This document shows, one piece after another, positions 1-12,009 of a DNA stretch of 64,000 nucleotides. Location: the NCBI RefSeq assembly GCF_009914755.1, contig NC_060940.1. One strand, given 5' to 3'. The stretch comes from the human T2T-CHM13v2.0 reference genome, Homo sapiens. Below the pieces are notes generated by a model, which was not told the DNA's origin, did not search any database, and saw only the letters and a list, made by a program, of their open reading frames with translations. How positions within the stretch are numbered: position 1 is the stretch's first letter; every line of letters begins with the position of its first letter. The position numbers and the translations under genes are program-made.

Positions 1-290
1 GGAGGAGCGCGCGCAGCTCGCTGGAAATGACCCTGCCTGGGGACGAAAGCGTGGGCTCAGGGCCAGAGCTGGGTTGGAATACTCCTGCTCCTTGCCAGCT
101 CTGGGGCCTTAGGTCACCGAGCCTCTCTGAGCGCATTTGGCACACCTCTGAAATGAAGCCGATGTCGGCTCTTGTATTTGGTACCGGAGGGTTTGGGGCA
201 ATATCGGGAGAATACATTTCCCAACGGCTCTCCTCTTCCTCCCTTTCCCTTTGAGAGACGTGAAAAGAAGCACTTGGGCTGACACGGGCC
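1..290. promoter_or_regulatory. CpG-rich segment, probable edge of a CpG island lying left of the window
   Basis: About 15 CpGs counted in 290 bp, starting with GAGCGCGCGCAGCTCGC; density drops after 290. Confidence 0.45.
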
Positions 291-307
291 TGGGGCACAT
301 GGAAATA

Positions 308-1140
308 GGTGTGGAAGTGTGAGGTGTGGTGTGAGTGAGGTGTGGTGTGAGAGTGAGGTGAGGCGTACGAGGTGCGAGGTGGATGTAAGGGTGAAGGGTG
401 AGAGTCAAGTGCGATATGTGAGGTGTGAGTGTGAGATGTGTGTGTGAGGTATGGTGTGTGAGATGTGAGCATAATGGGTGTGTGAGGTGTGTGGGTTGGA
501 GTGTGATGTGAGTGTGAGGTGTGTGTGTAATTGTGAGGTGTGAGGTGAGGTGTGAGTGTGAAGTATGAGTGTGAGCTTGAGTGTGAGATGTATGAGTGTG
601 AGATGTGCGTGAGGTGTGACCGTGAGTGTGAGGTTTGAGTGTGAGGTGTGTGAATGTGAAGTGTGAGGTGAAGTGTGAGATGTGTGTGAGGTGTGACTGA
701 GTGCAAGGTGTGAGGTGAGGTTTGAGATGTGTGAGGTGGTGTGAGTGTGAGATATGTGTGTGTGAGGTGTGTGAGTGAGGTGTGAGTGTGAGTTGGAGAG
801 TGATGTGTGACATGTGAGGTGAGGTGTGAGTGTTAAGTATGAGTGTGAGGTGTGAGGTGTGTGAGATGTGTGTGAGGTGTGTGAGCATAAGGTGTGATGT
901 GAGTGTGAGATGTGTGCGAGGAGTGACTCTGAGGTTTGAGTGTGAGGTGTGTGAGTGTAAAGTGTGAGGTGAAGTGTGACCTGTGTGAGGTGTGACTGAG
1001 TGTAAGGTGTGAGGTGAGGTGTGACGTGTGTGTGAGGTGGTGTGAGATGTGTGTGTGAGGTGGTGTGAGTGTGAGGTGTGAGTGTGAGATGTGTGAGTGT
1101 GAGGTGTGAGTGTGAGAAAGTGTGGGGTGGCTGTGTGAGT
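308..1140 (+). repeat. Degenerate (GTGAG/GTGTGA)n low-complexity tract
   Basis: Continuous gtgtgaggtgtgagt-type units with almost no C; explains the His/Thr-rich ORF 109..1209. Confidence 0.95.
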
Positions 1141-1459
1141 TGGTAGAAGTACCTCTGGACAGTAAGTCAGAAGCCCTGGATAAGTGGCAATACTTGGAAG
1201 GAAAATCAAGTCAAGGTTTTCACAGGGAGATCATTTGAAGCAAGAACATGTATTGGTTTTGGTACCTACCTACATGTGCGGTAAGAGCATAAAAATATGG
1301 ACAGAAGGAAACATCCCAACTTCTGAATAGAGGTTCCCTTTAGGGCTGGAAAGATGGGGAAGAAGGGAAGGAGGGAAATGGGATAGAGTAGGAGCCTTTG
1401 GCTGTCTTTAAGTTTTTAAGTAGACAAAACGGAGCATGGGTTAATTCTGAGAGCTGGCA

Positions 1460-2590
1460 TAGCCAGACGCCAATAAACATGAGAAAGTGGCCATCACTAT
1501 CAGCCATCGGGAAATACAAATTAAAGCCACATTGCAACCCCTCTTCACACCTTCCAGGCTGGCAAAAGTGAGCAGCAGTCACCCAGCACTGAGGAGGGGG
1601 TGGAGCGGATCAAGTTCCCGGATGCCGGATGCCGGATGCTGTCGGTGGGGGTCGCGTGGTGCCAACCCCTTGGAAAAGTGTTCAGCAGTGCCTTACACAG
1701 CATAGCACACGCACACCCTGTCACCCAGCAACTCCACGCTAGCTGCATGCCCCATACCATGGGTGCATACGTTCATCAGAAGACATCTGCAGGAAGGTTC
1801 GCAGCAGCGCTATTCAGAATAGTTAAAACCCAGGAACTGCCTTATGCCCTTTGATGTTGAGATCAGCTCAGCAAGTGCGGTCTCTTCTCACAGTAACACA
1901 ATAGAGCAATGAGAACGAGCAGAGCACACAGCTCCACACAGCTGAGGATGGCTCTCAGATAGGGTGATGAGGGAGGGATTCCTGCTGCTGGATTCCATTA
2001 CTATGGAGTTTTGTCAAGTTTAACCACAGGCACCACCAATCTCTTCAGTTAGAGATCAGGGTAATGACTGGCCTTAGGTGGTAGGGACTAAAGGGGCCTA
2101 AGGGCTTCTGGGGTTCAGTGGTCATGTTCTTTTGTTTTTGTTTTGAGACATGGTCTTGCTCTGTTGCCCAGGCTGGAGTCCAGTGGTGCAATCATGGCTC
2201 ACTGCAGCCTCAAGCTCCTGAGCTCCGGTGATCCTCCCACGTCAGCCTCCCAAGTACAGGGGATGACAGGCACACACCACCACACCCAGCTAATTTATTT
2301 TATTTTATTTTATTTTATTTTATTTTATTTTATTTTATTTTTTGTAGAGATGGGGCTCTCACTATGTTTCCCAGGCTGATCTCAAACTCCTGGCCTCAAG
2401 CCATCCTCCTGCCTCACCCTCCCAAAGTGCTGGGATTATAGGCATGAGCCACCACCCCTAACCTTATATTCTGTTCCTCTGTCTGGGTGCTGGTGACCCA
2501 GGCGTGGTCATTTTGTGAAAATTCCTCAGCCCACACCCTTAGGATCTGTGCACTCTTCAGACTATAACTTATACTTTAATAAAAAGTTCA
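1460..2590 (+). mobile_element. Old L1 (L1M/L1ME-like) ORF2 end and 3' UTR remnant, interrupted by an Alu
   Basis: gggaaatacaaattaaagccaca, cacccagcaactccac and 3' end tatactttaataaaaag resemble L1M 3' sequence. Confidence 0.7.
2128..2463 (-). mobile_element. AluJ with (TATTT)n expansion in the central A-rich linker
   Basis: ctgttgcccaggctggag, ggctcactgcagcctc, cccaaagtgctgggattataggcatgagccacc; (TATTT)n at 2292-2343. Confidence 0.92.
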
Positions 2591-3670
2591 CTTTGAAAAC
2601 TATCTTTAAAAATCTGGATGGGGGATATGCTGTTATCTATCATTATTTTCCAGATCTTTGGTATATTTCATGATTTAAAAAATAGATACAAAGATATACA
2701 GCAATAGGAGATGCAAGGATTGAAGCCATTTACTGAAAGCGGTTTAGGGGCAGGCATGGAGTGGGGCCACTTCCCGGGGATTAGCTCATGAATCCCCACG
2801 TCAACCCTTGAACGTGCACCCGAGACCATAGCTCTGAAGCACAAGGCAAGGCAGCTGCCCACGGCCACAGGGCTTGGTACGTGGGGTCTGGATCCACACG
2901 AGCCTCTCTGAACCCTCTGCCCTGGCTCGGGGTGGGCTGCCGGCCACACGCTCAGACAAGTTCTCCCGGAAAGAGGACAACAAGAATGGCAGCCACTTCC
3001 AGCTCCAATGCTCTCAGCCCATGCACACTGGGAAGTCAGGGAGAGTTCACCAGGTCAGCATTCCAGGGCCACGGAAGAGTTTCGGTTACAGTGCAAGGAC
3101 TCGGGAGTTCTGATGGCCGTCACCAGCTGATTTGTTCTGGGTCACAAGGCTATCAGAGGCTGCTCCAAGTCAGGGAACTAAGGAAGCTGGTGGTTTATGT
3201 GGGGGCCTGTGAGCAAAGACAGGAAATGGCAGAGATTTGCTCCTCAGAGCAACCACAAAGCTCAGCGCGGAGGTGCAGCGTCCACGCTGAGTCCCCTCCT
3301 GCCCTTTGGACAGGCACCCAGTGAATGAGATGCAAACTCAGCACGCATGCGGTAGAAGCACGTGCTCAAGCTAATCCATGCACCGCCAACGCCATTTTCA
3401 AGACGAAAACATCTTTGAGAGATGAGGCACTCTCAGCCCCTTCCCAGCCCCAGGATCCCCCAGGGGGGTACGTCTCTGAACACCAGATCCCAGGCAAGGT
3501 TCCCGCACAAAACACAGCCTCCACCCACCTCAACCACACACACAGACAAAGGATCCACACAGGGTCTCATAAGTTCAGGGCAGGCTGCCGACAACAGACT
3601 TCTCGGGAAGTGACATTGAACAAAGGATTTTGTTTCAGGGAGCTCCCGCCCCCACCCCACCTTCTCACCA

Positions 3671-4200
3671 ACTTTATTGAGATGTCACTCACACGCCACA
3701 CAATTCACCTACTTAAAGGGCACAACTCAAGGGGTTTCAGCGTATCCACAGAGTGGTGCAGCCACCACCAAGTTCAGAACCATTTTAGCCAATTTTAGAA
3801 CATTTTCATCACTCTGAAAAGAAACCCAACACCTCTTAGTGATCACCACCCCCCTCCCCAACTTCTCCCTTTCCCCCAGGGCTGGAAACACCTAATCTAC
3901 TTTATGTCTTCGTGGATTTGCTTGTTTTGGACATTTTCTATAAATGGATCCATTTAATACATCTGGCCTCTCTCACCTCGTGTCCTGTTTTCAAGGTTCA
4001 TCCTTGTAGCTTGTGCCAGAGCTTCATTCCTTTCCATGGCCGAATAATATTCTGTTGTGTGGATAGATGACATTTTGCATATCCACTGATCACTTGCAAG
4101 CATTTGGGTTTTTTGTGTTTTTGGCTATTATAAATCACTCTGCTATGAGCACCTGTACAAGATCCTTGTGTGGATGAATGTCTGCAATTCTCTTAGATAT
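3671..4200 (-). mobile_element. L1MB-like 3' fragment
   Basis: actttattgagat, ttttagaacattttcatcac, ttttcaaggttcatcc, ggccgaataatattc. Confidence 0.85.
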
Positions 4201-4654
4201 TTGGCATAACCTATGCAGTCTGCAGAGCAAGAACCATAAGGCAGGCGCTCGAGGATGCCACCGTCGGCTGCGTGCAGCGGAAGCCAGGGAGAAAGGCACG
4301 CCACTCTTACGGAATCCCAGTGCACATCACACAGTGAGGCCCTGTGGATACTTGCTGAAGAAATGATGTAGTGAATGAATGTATCTGGGCACTTGGCCAT
4401 ATCAGTTGCTTGAATTTTAGGCGTTAGCGTGTGCTGACCCTGTCTCCTTCCATCAGCCTCTACAGGACAAAGTTGGCCTAAGGAACTTTCCCCATGCTAT
4501 TCTAAGAGGTGCTTGATGTTGGGGGCACTGTGTGTCTGCCTTTGGGGCATCTTAAACAGTCCATCCATATGGGACCAGAGGGAGGGAGGAAACATGTGTG
4601 GAGAGCTTATCTCTGAGAACAACCCTAACCCTGTGGCCGCTCGCCTTCATGGTG

Positions 4655-4870
4655 ATCAGAGCACAGACTCTGTGCTCTGGACATGGACGTGACATGGGCT
4701 CAAGTCCTAGCTCCACCTCTTACAAGTGCACAACCATGCGTTAGCTACTTGGTATCTCCGAGCCTTGGTTCCCTTCTGCATGGCAGGGACCACAGTGCCT
4801 TACTATTTACAAGTATAGGCTGGTGTTTGTGAGGCTCCTGCAAAGGTCTGATGTGGAGTCAGCACTCGGG
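4655..4870 (+). mobile_element. MIR
   Basis: gggctcaagtcctagctccacctcttac...gagccttggttccc matches the MIR core. Confidence 0.65.
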
Positions 4871-5809
4871 AACCAGCAGTGCTGCAAAGTGAAGTGGCCA
4901 CGGCACACAGACCTGCACCCAGGAGGAATGGTGTGCATCGCTCAGGGTGCATTTGGCTGCAAGTAAGGAATAGAAAAGAAACAGGTTGGGCTGCAACCAA
5001 TGGTGACCACCACAGAAGCCAAGTAATGGTGTGCATGGATGCTTTACTTAGGAAACTAGTTCTCCTTATTTTAAGGAGCTTTGCTGATTCTCTGGATACC
5101 AAGTAGCATCTCGGCTTAAAAGGATTTGATGAATCTAATGAATTGAGTATGGAAAGAGAACCTCTAACATGGGTTTGTCTTGACCTCCCTGGAATAGATG
5201 TTCTTAGGAGAGTTCTGAAATGTTACACAGCAGATGTCATGGCCCCTGGACCAGGCTAACTGGAGAGGTTTTGTTCACCTGGGAAGCAGAACTTTTGCCA
5301 TGCACATATGAGATCTTGCCCAAGCACATGCGGTCTGGCATTCTTTCCTTCACATTTTTCTTGGGTAGATTTCTTTTTTCCGGCTCAACCTCCAAAAGTC
5401 TCCTCCCAAGCCCTGCAGGAAACTGTGAACTGTAACTTCTACAAGCATAAAGTCCCGCCTCTTTCTTTTTCACCCCTGTGCTCTTTAGAGTGTGCTGTAC
5501 AGTTCAGAAATAAACTAGGAGAAATACAAAGTCCATCTGTGTTTCATTCGGGATTGTGTTTTGCATGAGATACAAACCGTTTACTCCACAGTGATCTCAT
5601 ATGTTGCCATAAACCTTAATAGTAGAGGTACTAAAACTATTCCTCCAACCATAGCTTTTTGGTGGCAGAGATAGGACAATTATCAAGTCATGCTCAGAAT
5701 TGTCCTCATGGTCACAAGGTAGCTGCTGCTGCTCAAGATATCATATTATTACTTCCCAGCATTCAAAGCAGTAAAGACGAGGAGGGAGGAGAGAGAATAT
5801 CTCTTCTTA

Positions 5810-5965
5810 TTTGTATTTATATGCTTCTAAACACACAAATACATTTTCTTCTAAGTTTTTGGTCTTGCCTTTCACATTAAACTTCTGGATAAATCTGGTA
5901 TTTATTTTTGTGTACAGTGTGACATAGGAGTCCCATCTCATGTTTTAACATAGAGTGTTTAAATG
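5810..5965 (-). mobile_element. Old L1 ORF2 fragment
   Basis: gcctttcacattaa...ctggtatttatttttgtgtacagtgtga. Confidence 0.55.
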
Positions 5966-7139
5966 ACATAACTGAATTTGTTCATCTTCTGTGGATTTTG
6001 CTTTGAAACTAGAGCTGTTTTCTTGTTAATCATCTCCCAAGCTAGTTTTGAGATCAGGGTACTTGTCCTGTGTTTCAGATATTTTCAGATGTTCTCAGAA
6101 AGGGGATGGGATGGGGGGAAAATGTGCTGCCCAGCAATATTCCGGAAATTGATTTGTCTGGGAATTCATGGAAGAATACACCCATGTTGGCATTAGCGAT
6201 ATTTTCCACATCTAGGACCTCAGCTGCCGATAAAGTTACGAAGTAGACCGAGCTGCTGTCTCCATCCCTCATTGTATGCAGGAGACAGCCAGGGCTTTCA
6301 GGGTGGCTCTGGCAGGTGGCTCTGAAGTGGAGGGCTTCCTCTGCCTTCCGTGGAACCCTGATGGCTCTTCTTGTAAGTTCAGATGGCCACTCCTCCCCAG
6401 GGTCACGGATGCCTGACCACTTCCTCACCAAGGATGTCCCCCATACAGAAGGCAGACCCGTGGTTCTGGGGGCCTCAGGCTGGGCTCTCCACCCATTTCC
6501 ATCCACTTCATGGCACATCCTCCTGACACTGATGATAGTGCTCCTTCCTCTTTAGCACCTGAAGGCATCACAGGCATCAGTGTGGCTCCGCAGCCCCATT
6601 TGGATTGATTCAGGCTGCATGTGCAAGGCTCTGATTTCACTGATTCCTGGAGACAAGCTCATGTTCCAGGAGAAGACTCACTTTACAGCAGGCCAGGGTT
6701 TGGGCAGGCAAGAGCCTTGTCACTTTTTGGACGCATTCGGTCACTTATCATTTGTGCCTTCAAAGCACCGTATTTGGGAGCCAGATATTTTTCATAAATA
6801 AATGAGGTCAAAAGCTGATAAAAATCAATGCATCTGAAACAACGCATGGTTCCTGGTTCAGCTTTCCGGCGGATACCTTGTGGCCCAGCGGGTCCCTTTG
6901 AAATATTCACAACAACAGAAAGGCTTGTTTTTCCATCCAAAGCAAATGGAAATACTCTCAGTGGGGCAAAAACAAATATTGTCTGGGGCCTGGAGCCTCT
7001 CAGACAACCAAGCCGTCTGTGGGCATCAAGGATGTTCACAACTTTGCTGAGACCATCTGTGAGAGGAGGGTCTTCACATCACACGGAAAGACAGGAGGCT
7101 GTCTTGGGGTGGAACAGTTTTTAAGAAAGAACTCAGAGT

Positions 7140-7330
7140 GTGAACAGAGTGGTTTCTGGAGCCAGATGAACCTGGGTTGGAGTCCTGGGGCAACTGCTTG
7201 CCAGTTACCTTGCCGCTCAGTGCCTCAGTTTACCTGACAGACGGGATATTAGTCGCTACTTTACAGGGGTTCGGAGGGCTACGTGACTTAAATCACACAG
7301 TTAAGTCCTAACTTAGTGGTAGTTCTCCAA
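7140..7330 (+). mobile_element. MIR
   Basis: ctggagccagatgaacctgggttggagtcctg...tgcctcagtttacc. Confidence 0.7.
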
Positions 7331-7594
7331 ATTGTTAATATTTCCATGTCAGAAATTAATGAAGTGTAAGTCCTTGTCAAATAGCTCATTTTTATCCTGT
7401 ACCGTCACATCCAGCATTGTTTTGTCTTACTCTTGTTGTTGTTTCATGTCATTTTTAGAACGAGCAGGTGTTAGCTGAGTTAGGCCCTGTGGATGAGTCT
7501 CTCCTCTCCACCTAGGGGCAGGGGCCATGCCTGGTACTCCTTCTGTGCCCACACTGGATTGTTATTAGGAATAACAGTTCATGGTCACCAAGCC

Positions 7595-7800
7595 TGGAGG
7601 AGCACTCACACATGCCAGGTGAGGCTCTGAGGCTTCCCACACACGAATCACTCACTTAATCCTCACAGTAACTCCATGCCAGGGTGGAGGGCACTATGAT
7701 CATCCCCATCTTACAGACTGAAATTGAAGCTCAGAAGGGCGGATTGACCCCCCCCAGCACCATTCAGCTTGTATGTGGCAGGACCGGGGTCCATCCAAGA
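7595..7800 (-). mobile_element. MIR
   Basis: ctcacttaatcctcacagtaac...atccccatcttacaga...gaaattgaagctcaga. Confidence 0.75.
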
Positions 7801-7939
7801 CAGCCTGCCCCTCTCTGTCCAGTCATGTTTTATCTATCAGTGGGGGAGTGAAAAGGGGTCAGGGGTCAGAGGTCATATCTGGAACAGTCATGTTTGGGTG
7901 AAGTCAGGAGATAAATATAAATCAAAGGTGTTAGGATGT

Positions 7940-8856
7940 AACACTGTGCAGCTATCAGAGAAAACAGCTTGGCAGTTCCTCAAAAGATGAAACCCAGAGT
8001 CAGTGTATGACCCAGCAATTCCGCTCCTTAGAGTGTACACAAGAGAACTGAAAGCAAGTGTTTAAACAAAGACATGTACACACATGTTCATAGCAGCCTT
8101 ATTTGCAATAGCCAAAAGGTAGAAACAGCCCAAAAGTCCATTAGCAGATGAATGCATAAACACAAAATATGGTCTATCCACACAATTGAATATTAATCAG
8201 ACTTGAAAAGGAATGAAGTTCTGACGCATGCTGCAATATGGGTGAACCTTGAACACATCATGCTAAGTCAAAGAAAGTAGATATGAAACATCATGTATTG
8301 TATGATTCCATTTATATGAAAGGTCCAGAATAGGTAAATTCACAGAGGCAGAAAATGGCTTAGTGGTTTTTAGGGCTGAAGAGAGAGGAATGAGAAGAGA
8401 TTGCTAATGGGTATGGGATTTCCTTTTGGGGTGACAAAAATATTTGGGAACTAGATAGAGGTGATGGTTGCACAACATATCGAATGCACTAAATGCCACT
8501 GAGTTGTTCACTTTAAGATAATTAATCTTTCTCAGACAAAGCCAGTCTGAAAAGAATGGAAGAAGTCCCTACTTCTTCGAATGTGGGGACATCAACTTAA
8601 GGCAACAAGAAACATAAAATACCAAGGAGACAGAACACCACGGAAAGAACACAATAACCTCCTGATAGAATACCCCAAAGAAATGGAGAAATGGAAATAT
8701 ATGAATTACCTGACAAAAAACTAAAAATAATTGTTTTAAGGAGGCTCAGTGAACTTTGAGAAAATACAAACAATTCAGTGAAATCAGGAAAACTATAAAT
8801 AACTAAAATGATTAACTTTATAGTATGTACATTCCATGTCAATAAAAAATGAAAAA
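7940..8856 (+). mobile_element. L1MB 3' end containing a nested L1 5'/ORF1-region fragment
   Basis: ggcagttcctcaaaa, tatgacccagcaattcc, tgtatgattccatttatatgaaa, gtgatggttgcacaaca; ends gtcaataaaaaa. Confidence 0.88.
8527..8803 (+). mobile_element. L1M 5' UTR/ORF1-start fragment nested in L1MB
   Basis: caaagccagtctg, ccccaaagaaatggaga, tatgaattacctgacaaa, ggctcagtgaact, caattcagtgaaatcaggaaaac. Confidence 0.7.
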
Positions 8857-8867
8857 CGTGAGATGTG

Positions 8868-9175
8868 AGAAGAGATTGGTGCTAACCAATCTTTGCTAAC
8901 AACTACTTCCGTGCCAATGTTTTCAGGTTCTAACCACTTTCTGAATCTAAATCCATGGCACTGGATTCAGGGAGAACATTCTTGTTCACTGGGAATGAAA
9001 GTCTTGCCCATATCTACCTGGAGGCTGAGAGCCTCCTCATCCAGCCTCTATGGGCCTCAACAAATGTTCTCATGAGAAAGACGTCATCTTGCATGTGCTC
9101 TCTTGTGGAGAAATGGCAACATCAAGGCAAATAGGCATTCATGTGGGAAGTCCTCAAATTCTCTGGCCTGAATTG
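8868..9175 (+). repeat. Local duplication A, copy 1
   Basis: Collinear with 11211-11534, e.g. gtcttgcccatatctacctggag and ctcaaattctctggcctgaattg shared exactly. Confidence 0.93.
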
Positions 9176-9446
9176 CTTCTCTGTGTGTGTGTACACGTAT
9201 CAGTCAACGAAAGAGAGGAGAGTCCTGAGTATATGAATAGGCAAAGTCCATGCTGAGCAAGGACCCAACAAGCAAGGTCAACTCAGGAGCAGAGCCAGAA
9301 TCAAGATGTCTTGGTGGAGCAAAGTGAAAGCCCCAAACTTGTTCTTGCCAGATGTTGACTCTCTGACACATGGCCATGGACCACAAAACCATCACCCAAA
9401 GATGCAGTGAAAGGCAAATGACTGCAAGCCTTTGCAAACAGTGCAA

Positions 9447-9800
9447 TTTATTCATTCACTCATTCATGCAACCAGTATTAACTGAGCACCTATTACGTGC
9501 TGGTGGGAGAACTTAATGAACAAAGAATCCAGTTCATGCCCTTGTAGAATTTATATCCTACACACAGATAATGACTAAAGTTGTGGCAAGTGGACTGGGG
9601 AAGAAGTAGAAAGTGCTATAATCAATTTCAAGAACCCCTGACCTTGCCAGTGAATCAGGGAATGCTTCCTGGAGGAAGTAATATTAACTAGGAAAATAAG
9701 GGAAAGAAACAGCACCCCAGGAAGAGACCACAGTGTGTGCCAAGCCCCAGGTAAGAGGGAGCACAGTGAGTCTGAGGGATGGAAATCGTCCATGTCCAGA
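9447..9800 (-). mobile_element. L2 3' fragment
   Basis: ttattcattcactcattca...actgagcacctattacgtgc; tcagggaatgcttcctggagga. Confidence 0.75.
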
Positions 9801-9834
9801 GAGTAAGGGCCAGTTCAGGTGATGACAGCAAAAG

Positions 9835-10000
9835 GCAATATTGCTAAATGTTCACTACCTGCCATGCACAGCACTCAGCCCCTTACCTCAGTGCAATCTT
9901 TCAACCGTCATGGCAGTCTTTGAGGTGGGCCCTACAGTCATTCCCATTTTCCAGGTGAGGCTGCTGAAGCACAGAGAGATTCATGAATTTGCCCCGGGTC
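9835..10000 (-). mobile_element. MIR
   Basis: attcccattttccaggtgaggctgctgaagcacagagag. Confidence 0.65.
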
Positions 10001-10447
10001 CCTCACTAGGGATTGTGGGGCAGGAATGTGCCCAGTGAGCTTCAGAGCCGGTGCTCTTGAGCGGCACCTGCTTACATGGCGGACTTGGACAGGGGCCAGG
10101 ACACAGTCTTGAAAGTCATGGCAGCAGGAACTTTGCCTTTTGTCTTAAGACCACAGAGAAGTTACTAAGGTGGTGCCATGGGCAGGGCTGCATTGCAAAA
10201 GGAACATTGTCGGGGAGAATGAGAGACCAGGCATCAAGACCAGTAAGATGGGGTCACTGGGTGGGAGACAGTGCCTGTCCCTTCAGGGTGGTAGCACCCT
10301 GGTAGATGGGAACCCATGGTGGTTCCCGAAAGTGACCACCCCAGGTAAAGCTTCTTCCCAGAAGCACTGTTTCCCAGCCATCGTGTTGATCTCAATCTCT
10401 CTCCAAAGAGCAGAAGTACCATGTCACTCCGTGGGTGGTTCCAGGGC

Positions 10448-10617
10448 AGTGCTACCCAACCTTGGCTGCTGGTCAAAATCACCCGGGGAGCTTTAAAAAT
10501 AGGAGTGCTGGGCTCCACCCAGGAGAGGACAATGTAATGGGTCTTGGGTGGGACTCAGGCACTGGCATTTTTAAGAGCTCCCCAAATGATGCCAATGGGC
10601 AACCAGGAGCCAGAGAA
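10448..10617. mobile_element. MER5A-like hAT-Charlie MITE
   Basis: aatcacccggggagctttaaaaata...ggcatttttaagagctccccaaatgat. Confidence 0.8.
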
Positions 10618-11210
10618 GTCAGGGTTTCCAGCCAGACCTCGTTTTTGTCGGGCAGCCTCAGAGGCTCTTCCGGACTAGAGGATGACTCTTCCCTCAAACC
10701 AAAGGAATTCAAGGGCCCAGGAAGGAGGTCCACGGCCTGCACAGATGTGGGGAGAGTTTGGCATGGGCCTTTCTGGAAATTCTTTTTATCCTCCCTGTTC
10801 CCCCATCATTTTCTCGAGGCAAAAATAAATACCGACATCTCCGCTTGTGTCAAAGTGACGGGTGTGTACGCTCTTCGTGTGAAAAGTTATGCCCTGAAGC
10901 TGAGTCATACAACCAAACAAAACCTCGCTGTCAGTGAGTGTATGTGTCCAATATTTCAAGCAAAACTGTTTAAAGCTATTTTTGTAACGTGACGCTAAGT
11001 GGATAATGGAAGACTATGGCGAGGCCCGGGGAATGAATGCATTTTTGTCTGCAGTTTGAAAATCAATAGCAGACTTGGAAATCCGATGTGCACTCATGCA
11101 CGAGACAATCCATGTCATTGAAGTGAGGCCAGTCCACAGCCTTGTGAGGGAGGCCAGCAGCCCAGGGAGCAGGACAGACCCTCCAGCTGCAGCAGGCCCA
11201 CTCCTGCTTT

Positions 11211-11534
11211 GGGAAGAGTAGTTGGCCCTCACTGCCAATCCTGGCAAACAACTAATTCCACACCAATGCTGCATGGATCTAAGCACTTTCTGAATCTAGA
11301 TCTGTGCATGGAGGCACTGAGTTCAGACAGAACATTCAGTTCACTAGGAATGAAGGTCTTGCCCATATCTACCTGGAGACTGGGAGCCTCCTCACCCAGC
11401 CTCTGCAGGCCCCAACAAACGTTCTCATGAGAAAGAAAGATGTCATCTCACATGTGCTGTCTTATGAGGAAATGGCAACATCAAGGCAAACAAGCATTCA
11501 TGTGGGAAGTTCTCAAATTCTCTGGCCTGAATTG
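11211..11534 (+). repeat. Local duplication A, copy 2
   Basis: Direct copy of 8868-9175 with scattered substitutions and small indels. Confidence 0.93.
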
Positions 11535-12009
11535 TTGATTCTTCAAAGTTGAGGGGACCCTACCCTGGGTCCACATCTGCCTTTTAGTGGCTGCATGAGT
11601 CCACTTGGGTTGGGTGTGGAATTCCACACGGAAGTCAGCTTTCTGCGAGGAATTCCCATTAGCTTTATCAGATTCTCCCAGGAACGCTTCAGCCCAAAAG
11701 CTGGAGGCTGACCCACCCTCCTACTCTGGCCTACCCAGTCTGTCCAGCTTCCAGAAGCTCCCAACTCACTGTGCTCTTCTGGCTTTTAAACATATATTCT
11801 TATTATAGAAGTGATGCATTCTCCTTACAGAAAGAGGAGAAAGTCAAGGTAACACTATGACATCTAGCCTTCCAGACCTCTGATGCTAAAACTCAATTAT
11901 GACGGTGCTGCCTCCAGCCCCACAACTCTCAGCATGCCGGGAAAAAGTGCAGATTCTTAAGTCCTCTCTGAAGTCCTTGCACTTGACCCTAATGGCAATG
12001 GAAGCAGGA

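Noticed and set aside
109-1209. 366-aa His/Thr-rich ORF
   Set aside because: Translation of the antisense strand of the GTGAG low-complexity tract; no domain.
4990-5610. Possible unclassified LTR nested in an old MLT1
   Set aside because: An AATAAA and general LTR-like composition only; I could not identify termini, TSD or family.
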